64,000 bases of DNA from Chamaesiphon sp. Lineage in GTDB: Bacteria > Cyanobacteriota > Cyanobacteriia > Cyanobacteriales > Chamaesiphonaceae. Within the stretch, counting starts at the first letter, position 1. Each line of letters opens with the position of its first letter. Of this stretch, positions 54,686-62,837 are shown piece after piece. Under the pieces are notes generated by a model. That model did not search any database, was not told the origin of the DNA, and saw nothing but the letters and a program-made list of their open reading frames with translations. The stretch covers positions 96,001 to 160,000 of the forward strand of contig CBDFFH010000038.1 of assembly GCA_965246715.1 (NCBI GenBank), read 5' to 3'. Position numbers and translations under genes: made by a program.

Positions 54686-54952
54686 TTCGATCCAGAGTAC
54701 CTAACCGCAGAATGGGGCTAGCGTTACAGGACTTAATACAAGTAACACTTATCACCAAATACCCAGGAGACCCGATCTGTTAAATGCAAAACAGCATGAA
54801 ATAGGAATGCCAACAGGTTAAGTGTCAGCAAACAAGCCGCTAAATGCTCTTATCCATGACCAAAATTATGCTCCAATCGTCTCCGAGCAAGGTGATTGGT
54901 TGTCCTTTAACAGTAATCCCCCTAATCTATCTATATGCGATCGATTGTCACC

Positions 54953-55108
54953 ATGGCTGAATATCGTCTCGCTTATATCCCAGGAAGTAGCGTATTTATT
55001 ACCCTGGTTACTTATCAGTAGAAAAAACTGTTGCTCGCAGCAGAAAATATCGATAAGCTAAGGCAAGCTTGTGAAATAACGATCTCTGAAAAACCGTTCG
55101 AGATTGAG
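54953..55108 (+). pseudogene. REP-associated tyrosine transposase (RAYT) N-terminal remnant
   Basis: MAEYRLAYIPGSSVFITLVTYQ*KKLL..ENIDKLRQA...KPFEI, with an in-frame TAG at 55019; truncated before the HUH motif. Confidence 0.7.
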
Positions 55109-55406
55109 ATCGAATTTCATAAATTAATCGAATTTAGATCGATCGGTTGTGTAGTATAACGAGATTGCTATGTTGGCGATATATAGATATTGAAAATAGT
55201 TTAGTTAGTTGCGTAGTTAGTGCTGTGGACAGTGCATACAAACACCATTATCGATTTAGTAATGTAAGTATTTGAGGTGGCTAATATCGATTGCCTACTA
55301 CACGTTTTGCGATCGATTATTGTAGAGATTATATCGTTCGCGTAGCGTACCGTAGGTAATCGAATCAAGCAGTTTAAGTTCTTATTACTTCGGCTATGTA
55401 TGGTCT

Positions 55407-55426
55407 GTGGGCAGTGCCCACCCTAC
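55407..55426 (-). repeat. REP-type sequence
   Basis: Reverse complement GTAGGGTGGGCACTGCCCAC; matches 42146-42165 at 19 of 20 positions. Confidence 0.75.
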
Positions 55427-55661
55427 GTTTCTAAGGTAACTAATCAGATTTTGGAGTGATTACAGGCGATCAAAGTAGTTAACACGTACTAATGTTTGAG
55501 TGCTGATAGGATTCGTGTGTTTATTTTGACGCAAATATGACTATTTTGGTCTTTTTTCCCGATTTCTCTGACTCATTATCTGAGAAAAAGCTGGATTAGC
55601 AATTTTCTCCTTAAATCCATCACAAATTTCATTACGTTTCATTCTTCATGAATAATGCAGG

Positions 55662-55800
55662 CTAGCCGAAGCCACCATCAGCATCGACGACGATGCCAAC
55701 GGAGTAGGCTGGTTCCATCGACACCACCTCAGCGGATAATAGCGAATTCACAGGAACAGACACCTACTTCCAAGCCACCCTCACCACCAGCCAAGCCATC
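55662..55800 (+). pseudogene. Fragment of a large repetitive surface protein
   Basis: LAEATISIDDDANGVGWF, then after a +1 shift IDTTSADNSEFTGTDTYFQAT. This resembles a segment of giant cyanobacterial Ig-repeat proteins. Confidence 0.5.
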
Positions 55801-55837
55801 GAGATCGTCTTCAACCGGGTTTTTAGCTGAATAGATT

Positions 55838-56596
55838 TTAGGGAACTGTGAGTAGGCACAGGATAAATGCTTCCGACCATTCAACGATCGCGCCATAAGT
55901 ATCGCCTGTATGTCCGCCCAACTTCCGATCGAAATAATATCCCATCAGCACCGCCACCCCACACCCAGCTAGAGATCTCAACCCCAATACTAGCCAAGCT
56001 TGTGGCTGGAGATAAATTTGGCAACCAGTCACCAGCAGGAGCGGGACTAAGCCTACCAAGAGATCTTGTGGTAATTTCATCCCTTGCCGATGAAATGCCC
56101 CCTTACCTTGCACTTTGAGATAGGGATATAAAGCGATCGCGAGTACCTGTCCCCACCGACTCCACCCCGCTGCTAGCATCAGCGCCCAGACTCGATCGTC
56201 AGTAATTGATGTCAGCGCGCAAGCCTTGAGCAATACGATCGCCACTGCCACCATCGCCCCAAATGCACCCGTGACACTATCCGACATCACCGTCAACCGT
56301 CGATCGGGATCTTGCACCGCCAAGCCATCAGCAGCATCCATCGCCCCATCGAGATGCAGTCCACCCGTCCACCAGATCCATAGTGCGACAATGAGACTCG
56401 ATCGCATTAATATCGGCATTTTCAGCCACTCCAATCCTAGATCGATCGAGCCTAATACTCCCCCTAATAACACCCCAATTAATGGTGCCCACCGCGCGAT
56501 TCGAGTAAAGTCTAGCTGTAAATTAGTAGGAATGGGACAGCAAGTATAAAAGGCGATCGCAGCAAGTAGCGAGGTTGATTTGTTCGTTAATGACAC
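55838..56596 (-). CDS. cobS: Adenosylcobinamide-GDP ribazoletransferase (cobalamin synthase)
   Basis: TGGLHLDGAMDAADG, MSDS.TGAFG and LGGHTGDTYGA..E. Confidence 0.93.
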   Translation of the reverse strand: MSLTNKSTSLLAAIAFYTCCPIPTNLQLDFTRIARWAPLIGVLLGGVLGSIDLGLEWLKMPILMRSSLIVALWIWWTGGLHLDGAMDAADGLAVQDPDRRLTVMSDSVTGAFGAMVAVAIVLLKACALTSITDDRVWALMLAAGWSRWGQVLAIALYPYLKVQGKGAFHRQGMKLPQDLLVGLVPLLLVTGCQIYLQPQAWLVLGLRSLAGCGVAVLMGYYFDRKLGGHTGDTYGAIVEWSEAFILCLLTVP

Positions 56597-56840
56597 TGAT
56601 ATTTATTGAGAGCAGCTAACTCACAGATTGCGATACACTTCATCATCATTGCGCTTATCGACCCGAAAGATTTGGACTTGTCCCATTTGTTCTTCAGTAG
56701 CTGCTTGAATTTTGATGGCTGCGGGGATCGGCTGTCAAGCGATCGGATTATCTGAAAATGTAAATTTCGATGTTTCAATCGATCGACAGTACAATCGTAG
56801 GTCAGATAATTAGAGCGTCGAGATCGATCGCTTAGATGCC

Positions 56841-57434
56841 ATGCAAGCTAGACCCTTAGATACATTCACCCGCACGACCGCATCACTGCTGATAAGTGGC
56901 TATCAAAAATATTTGTCTCCACTCAAAGGCTTTTCCTGCGCCCATCGCGTGTGGCATCGGGGCGAATCTTGCTCTCAATATACCAAGCACACGATCGTCG
57001 ATCGGGGTTTAGTCGCAGCGATACCCTTAGTTCGATCGCGGTTTGGGGAATGTAAAATTGCCAACGAACGGCTCAAACAGTGGCGGTTACAACAGCGCAC
57101 GACTGGCGATCGCAAGCGGGCGATGTCACTATCTGATTCGTGGGCGAAGATCGATCGATTTGAAGAAGAACTGGAGTCAGCGGAAGATCGGGAAGAACAA
57201 GAACGAAGACTGCGAAATTCATCCAGTCATTCCTCATCGCCGAACAGTTGTAATGGTCATGAATTTGACTGTTGTGCGGATTGTGCGAATCTAGCAAATT
57301 GTGATTGTCAGGCATTGCATTTACCCGCGATCGATTGTGCGGGATTGGATTGTGGTGCCCTCGATTGTGGTGGCTTAGACTGTGGCGGTTGTGATGGTTG
57401 TTCTGGCTTGGATTGTTCTGGCTGTAGTTGGTAA
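56841..57434 (+). CDS. YidD/haemolytic-domain protein with a Cys-rich C-terminal repeat tail
   Basis: ISGYQKYLSPLKGFSCAHR...SCSQY (YidD-like), followed by (L)DCxG repeats. Confidence 0.75.
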   Translation: MQARPLDTFTRTTASLLISGYQKYLSPLKGFSCAHRVWHRGESCSQYTKHTIVDRGLVAAIPLVRSRFGECKIANERLKQWRLQQRTTGDRKRAMSLSDSWAKIDRFEEELESAEDREEQERRLRNSSSHSSSPNSCNGHEFDCCADCANLANCDCQALHLPAIDCAGLDCGALDCGGLDCGGCDGCSGLDCSGCSW

Positions 57435-57447
57435 CAATTTAGTTTCA

Positions 57448-58620
57448 TTATTTACGAATTTCGCTCCACAGTCGATCGAATTGGGTTCGACTCGTCGCAG
57501 ACAAGGGATAGATAAAATCACATTTATCTAAAATAGTTTTAGCTGGTAAAACTAGTTGATTATTCCGCACGTCTGGGAGGATTTCACTAGTATTAATACT
57601 AGTAAGTAATGGTGCAGTACCACTGGTAAGTAGCGAAATTTGATTGCTGGTTCGCAGTTGGAGACAATAATCGAGCCACTGCTGAGTTAACTTTGTCAGA
57701 TCGCCGCGCGCAGCAGTAGTTTTTACCGTCGGTTGTACCCACAAATTTGCGGAAATCGCCGTACCCGATCGCGGGACGATCGCGCCGATATTGGGATTTT
57801 TTTGAACTAAATCGATGACATCTGATGACCAGCCTACCGCCACCCAAGTATCGCCGAGAATCAGCGGTTGTAAATAATTATCGGCACTATAGAACTTGAC
57901 TTGGCGATCGAGTTTTTCGAGTTCGGATTTGAGCTTGTTAACCTGACTGAGATCGGCTTGATTGTAAGAATATCCTAATTTTTTCAAGGTCAAACCGATG
58001 ACTTCGCGCGGTCGATCTAATAGCGAAATGCGTCGATTGAGTTGGGGATTCCATAAATCGGCCCAATCTTGAGGAATCGCAATATTTTCGGCGACTAACT
58101 TATCTTTACGATAGATAATTACTGTCGTGCCCCAACTATAGGGTACTCCCCAAACTTTGCCAGTAGCGCTATTATTACCGCGATCGTCCCGTTGCGCCAG
58201 TTCGCGCCAGCGAGGATCTAATTTACTCCAAGTTGGGATATTTTTAGTCTCGATCGGTTGGATTAATTTCTCGGTAATTGCTTTAGATAGCCAAGCATCG
58301 CTCATACTTACGAGATTGGGAATATACTCTGCACCTTTGGCTGGCGGTATCAGTGGCACCTTCAATCCCTTTGCTTCCGCTTCGCCAGTTTTGTACCATT
58401 GCTGAAGTTGGGTAAAAATATCCGCAAACTGTCCCTCTGGCACTAGCTCCACTTTCGGCGTTGGGACGATCGATTTGCTAAACTCCCCAATCGATTGCGA
58501 GGGTAGCGAGCTTTTGAGGGCGACTAGCCGCAAGATCGCGCGATCTCGACCTTGGCAACCACTCAATCCAGATCCGATCGCTAGACTACTGAGGGTAATT
58601 AAAAAGGAGCGGCGCTGCAT
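57448..58620 (-). CDS. ABC transporter substrate-binding lipoprotein (PotD/PotF-like)
   Basis: Tat signal MQRRSFL with lipobox LSGC; WGVPYSWGT, WADLWNP and AVGWSSD. Confidence 0.85.
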   Translation of the reverse strand: MQRRSFLITLSSLAIGSGLSGCQGRDRAILRLVALKSSLPSQSIGEFSKSIVPTPKVELVPEGQFADIFTQLQQWYKTGEAEAKGLKVPLIPPAKGAEYIPNLVSMSDAWLSKAITEKLIQPIETKNIPTWSKLDPRWRELAQRDDRGNNSATGKVWGVPYSWGTTVIIYRKDKLVAENIAIPQDWADLWNPQLNRRISLLDRPREVIGLTLKKLGYSYNQADLSQVNKLKSELEKLDRQVKFYSADNYLQPLILGDTWVAVGWSSDVIDLVQKNPNIGAIVPRSGTAISANLWVQPTVKTTAARGDLTKLTQQWLDYCLQLRTSNQISLLTSGTAPLLTSINTSEILPDVRNNQLVLPAKTILDKCDFIYPLSATSRTQFDRLWSEIRK

Positions 58621-58656
58621 GGTAGGAGTGGGGGTTGAGCTGAATTGAGAAATATT

Positions 58657-58680
58657 TTAGGTAGGGGCACCCCTACCTAA
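58657..58680. repeat. REP-like palindrome
   Basis: TTAGGTAGGGG-CA-CCCCTACCTAA. Confidence 0.7.
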
Positions 58681-58689
58681 CGCAAAAAT

Positions 58690-59949
58690 TTATAACGCCC
58701 GTTGCGCGATATCTTGACGATAGTACATTCCATCAAAATTAATCAGACGTACTGATTGATAGGCGCGATCGATTGCGGTGGTAAAATCTGGGGCGATACT
58801 AGTTACACCCAGCACCCGTCCGCCATCGGTAACGACGCGGTTTTGCTTGTATTGAGTTCCAGCATGAAAGACGATCGTCCCATCGGTGTTTGCCAAATCT
58901 AGACCAGAAATAGCTTTATGGCGATCGTAATTGCCGGGATAACCTTGGGCCGCGATCGCCACACAAACCGATACTGCCGACTTCCACTCGATCGGGGGTA
59001 GCGCAGCAAGTCGTTGTTCGGTGCAGGCTAATAGTAAGTCTACTAGCGGCGTGTCGAGTAAGGGCAGGATCGCTTGAGTCTCAGGATCGCCGAATCGACA
59101 GTTAAATTCTAATACTTTGATCTCTCCATTGGGAGCAATCATCAGACCAGCATATAACACGCCGCGATAATCGATCCCTCTGCGCGCGAGGGTATTCAGC
59201 GTTGGTTTCAAGACCTCATTTTGAATTCTCGCCATCAGTGCCGGAGTTACTAGCGGCGCAGGAGCATAAGCACCCATCCCACCGGTATTGGCTCCGGTAT
59301 CGCCATCGCCGATGCGTTTGTGATCTTGAGCGGGGAGGAGCGGACGAATAGTTTTGCCATCTGTCAGCGCCAGCACCGAGACTTCTTGCCCAGTCAAGTA
59401 CTCTTCGATGATTAATGTGTCGTAATCTTGCGCGAATAATAATTCGACCGCAGTGAGCGCTTCTGTTAATGTTTGAGCGACTACGACACCTTTTCCCGAT
59501 GCCAATCCATCGGCTTTGACAACAATCGGCGCGCCTTGTTGCTCGATATACGCTCTTGCCGCCTTCAGCTCGGTAAAGGTTGCCGATTTTGCAGTGGGGA
59601 TGCCAGCATCTAGCATGATCGCTTTGGCCCAGGTTTTGCTAGACTCGATTTGGGCACCCGATCGAGTGGGGCCAAAGACGGGAATCCCGCGATTTTGGAG
59701 ATAGTCAACGATGCCTAAAGATAGTGGCAATTCAGGGCCGACGACCACTAGCGATACACCATTTACTTCCGCAAATCTGGCAATTCCACCAAAGTCATCT
59801 ACTCTAAAAGAGAGATTTTGACAGCGTTCCATCGTCGCTGTGCCACCATTGCCAGGTACGCACAGAACTTGGGTAACTTGAGGAGATTGCAATAATGACC
59901 AAGCGATCGCATGTTCTCGACCACCGTTCCCAACCACTAAAATTTTCAC
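58690..59949 (-). CDS. purD: Phosphoribosylamine-glycine ligase
   Basis: MKILVVGNGGREHA, VVKADGLASGKGV, QDHKR..GANTGGMGAY and EFNCRFGDPE. Confidence 0.97.
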   Translation of the reverse strand: MKILVVGNGGREHAIAWSLLQSPQVTQVLCVPGNGGTATMERCQNLSFRVDDFGGIARFAEVNGVSLVVVGPELPLSLGIVDYLQNRGIPVFGPTRSGAQIESSKTWAKAIMLDAGIPTAKSATFTELKAARAYIEQQGAPIVVKADGLASGKGVVVAQTLTEALTAVELLFAQDYDTLIIEEYLTGQEVSVLALTDGKTIRPLLPAQDHKRIGDGDTGANTGGMGAYAPAPLVTPALMARIQNEVLKPTLNTLARRGIDYRGVLYAGLMIAPNGEIKVLEFNCRFGDPETQAILPLLDTPLVDLLLACTEQRLAALPPIEWKSAVSVCVAIAAQGYPGNYDRHKAISGLDLANTDGTIVFHAGTQYKQNRVVTDGGRVLGVTSIAPDFTTAIDRAYQSVRLINFDGMYYRQDIAQRAL

Positions 59950-60036
59950 CGAATCTAAATCTCCCGCTCGACTTTATTGCGAATCCTCTGTACACTTTAT
60001 CATTCAGTGGATAGAGATTTGGGGATAGTCAGATCT

Positions 60037-60106
60037 GTAGGGGCAGGTTTATGGTATTAGCCTTCGACAGCAACGATCTCCTCGACCAAAACCCGCCCAC
60101 CCCTAC
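60037..60106. repeat. REP-like inverted pair in the purD-hisS intergenic region
   Basis: GTAGGGGCAGGTTT ... AAACCCGCCCACCCCTAC. Confidence 0.55.
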
Positions 60107-60137
60107 CAATAACTTCCACACAACCCATCATCTTTTC

Positions 60138-61544
60138 ATGGCGATCGAAAAAATCAACTTTACCAACCCGAGCGGTTTTCCCGAATTTTTACCTGGGGAA
60201 AAACGGCTGGAACAGCACCTCATGGATACGATTCGACGGGTGTATGAAAGTTATGGATTCACCCCAATCGAAACTCCAGCAGTAGAGCGGCTAGAAGTCC
60301 TTCAGGCGAAGGGAAATCAGGGCGATAATATAGTATATGGTTTGCAACCGATTTTGCCCCCCAATCGCCAAGCAGAGCGAGATCGATCGGGTGCGGGCGA
60401 TACGGGTGCGGAAGCACGAGCGCTCAAATTCGATCAAACCGTTCCATTGGCTGCATATATTGCCCGTCACCTCAACGATCTCCAGTTTCCATTTGCCAGG
60501 TATCAGATGGATCTAGTATTTCGCGGCGAACGCGCAAAGGATGGACGCTATCGTCAGTTTCGCCAGTGTGACATCGACGTGGTGGGGCGCAAGGAATTAA
60601 GCTTGCTTTATGATGCGCAGATGCCAGCGATTATCGCGGAGATTTTCAGCCAAATTCAGATTGGTGAATTCCTGATTCGGATCAACAATCGCAAAGTCTT
60701 AACTGGATTCTTTAGTTCTTTGGGAGTATCACCCGATCGCATTAAAGTTTGCATTAATATCATCGATACACTCGAGAAAGTTGGTGTCGAGAAAGTATTG
60801 GCAGGTTTAGCGACCCAAGGTTTATCCTCCGCGCAAGCCCAGCAAGTTATCGATTTTATCGATATTAAAGGTGATGTCGATCGCGTCCTCAATTCACTCC
60901 AAGAATTTGCGACCAAATTACCCAATGCCGAGCAATTTCAGCTAGGTATTCAAGAATTAACTACCGTAATTAATGGAGTCAGAAATCTCGGCGTACCAGC
61001 CAGCCAGTATTGTATCGACCTCTCGATCGCGCGGGGCTTGGACTACTATACAGGTACGGTTTATGAAACTACTCTGATCGGCCATGAGGCTTTAGGTAGT
61101 ATCTGTTCTGGCGGTAGATATGAAGAATTAGTCGGTACATTTTTAGGTGAAAGTATGCCAGGAGTGGGAATCTCGATCGGTTTGACCCGCCTGATCTATC
61201 GCTTGCTCAAAGCAAATGTTTTACAACCTTTAGCAGCAACTCCAGCGCAAGTAATGGTCTTAAATCTCCAAGAAGATCTGATGTCTATCTATCTCCAAGT
61301 TTCCCAACAACTCCGTCAAGCTGGTATCAAAGTCGTTACGGCGTTCGATAAACGTCCGCTCAAAAAACAGTTTGCACTAGCCGATAAACAGGGTATTACT
61401 TTCTGCATTATTATCGGTGAGGAAGAAGCTAACCAACAAATGTGTCAATTGAAGAACATGAAAACTGGAGCACAAATCCAACTTGCGATCGCCGATCTAG
61501 CTGCTGATGTTCGACAGAAGTTGGCAATGGATATCTTGAATTAA
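60138..61544 (+). CDS. hisS: Histidine--tRNA ligase
   Basis: PSGFPEFLP, LKFDQTVP, FRGE..GRYRQFRQCDID, RGLDYYTG, GGRYE and an anticodon-binding domain. Start taken at MAIEK. Confidence 0.96.
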   Translation: MAIEKINFTNPSGFPEFLPGEKRLEQHLMDTIRRVYESYGFTPIETPAVERLEVLQAKGNQGDNIVYGLQPILPPNRQAERDRSGAGDTGAEARALKFDQTVPLAAYIARHLNDLQFPFARYQMDLVFRGERAKDGRYRQFRQCDIDVVGRKELSLLYDAQMPAIIAEIFSQIQIGEFLIRINNRKVLTGFFSSLGVSPDRIKVCINIIDTLEKVGVEKVLAGLATQGLSSAQAQQVIDFIDIKGDVDRVLNSLQEFATKLPNAEQFQLGIQELTTVINGVRNLGVPASQYCIDLSIARGLDYYTGTVYETTLIGHEALGSICSGGRYEELVGTFLGESMPGVGISIGLTRLIYRLLKANVLQPLAATPAQVMVLNLQEDLMSIYLQVSQQLRQAGIKVVTAFDKRPLKKQFALADKQGITFCIIIGEEEANQQMCQLKNMKTGAQIQLAIADLAADVRQKLAMDILN

Positions 61545-61967
61545 GATGTTTCATTATCACGTTATTATCGGGAGAGCCGACAGCGCAGATACTTCAGCCA
61601 ATATCGACTCATTGAAAACTGGCTCGGATTGAAATTGCGATCGATTCTTTCCCCTCTACTATGCCAACTGTAACAGAATTTTACTGTTAACTCTCATAAT
61701 GGTAGCGAGCTTGTAGAAACTGAATCGATTCATTTTGAACCCGATAAATTAGTCGATGCTCTAAATCTATCCTCTTTTTTTAGCGCGATATCGCCCCCTG
61801 CAATCTTGCTGCATTTCTTACTCGACTTTGGCCATTCAAGGGGAAAGTCAGCTCGCCCAGACAAACTTGTGATGTTAATTTAAACTCATTTGCCACTCGC
61901 TCGATGGATTTACCCGAGCGTAACAGTGACTTAATCTAAATTTGGAATTGCCGATCCATCGGTCTCC

Positions 61968-62738
61968 CTACTTGGCAACTCGTGCGACTGCACTTGCAAA
62001 ACTTTCTGGGTCGGTGAGGTGCGGAAACCGCTCGCCTTCGGGAATTACCAAGATTTCGAGATGTTCTAGGTGCTCAGAGAGCCAGCCCCTGTAAAAATCG
62101 GCGACTGGAGCACTGTGAATGGCCAGGTATGGCACCGCGATCGCATGTAGCTTTGCGGAGATGAGTGCTTCGATTTCGGCTGGCGTTGAATCGAGTAGTA
62201 GCGCCCAATAGCCCAACATCACTGCCTGTCTGGGTCGCGACACTACTAGCTGTAGGTAGCGCTCGGGCACGGCATCGATCCCGGGACTGGGGACGAGCCG
62301 ACTGACTGTTTCTAAAAATTTATCGCTGGCGAGATCGGATTTCAGCCCCTGGAGTAAGTCAATAAACGGGCTGACATATAACGGCTGCTCGATATTTACC
62401 ACCAGATCGACTGGATAGCGGGAGGCGTAAACTGTGGCTAAGACTGCACCGATAGCATGACCGATGATAACCAGATGCTGGAGGACTAAACGATCGACTA
62501 ACTCGTGCAGTTCGGTGGCGATCTCCTCCAGATCGTAGTTCGATCGATCGCCAGAATTACCATGACCGGGTAAATCCACTGAAATACATCGATAATGTCG
62601 CACGAGATATTCGATCGCTGGCAGCCACATTTGGCGATCGAACGACAAGCCATGTAAAAATAGAATCGGCTTGCCCGCTCCGGTATCTGTATATGCCAGT
62701 TCGGTTCCCTGGAGAGTGGTAAATGAGTTGGCGTTCAT
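61968..62738 (-). CDS. Alpha/beta-hydrolase fold protein (catalytic residues appear substituted)
   Basis: LFLHG and DLPGHG; the nucleophile elbow reads GHAIG. GAGGAAGG RBS before MNANS. Confidence 0.85.
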   Translation of the reverse strand: MNANSFTTLQGTELAYTDTGAGKPILFLHGLSFDRQMWLPAIEYLVRHYRCISVDLPGHGNSGDRSNYDLEEIATELHELVDRLVLQHLVIIGHAIGAVLATVYASRYPVDLVVNIEQPLYVSPFIDLLQGLKSDLASDKFLETVSRLVPSPGIDAVPERYLQLVVSRPRQAVMLGYWALLLDSTPAEIEALISAKLHAIAVPYLAIHSAPVADFYRGWLSEHLEHLEILVIPEGERFPHLTDPESFASAVARVAK

Positions 62739-62837
62739 ACCTTCCTCGCTGGATCGGAATCTCATCATGCTGTGGCTAAACCGATTGCCGTAGTTATCTT
62801 CGAGCGGTTTGACCAGGAAGAGGATGTCTGAAAAGTT

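Noticed and set aside
54822..55061. 79-aa ORF
   Set aside because: It is a different frame over the RAYT remnant, with no motif of its own.
61600..61900. Coding-like stretch between hisS and the hydrolase gene
   Set aside because: It has no clear start and no recognisable family; it may be a decayed gene but cannot be supported.
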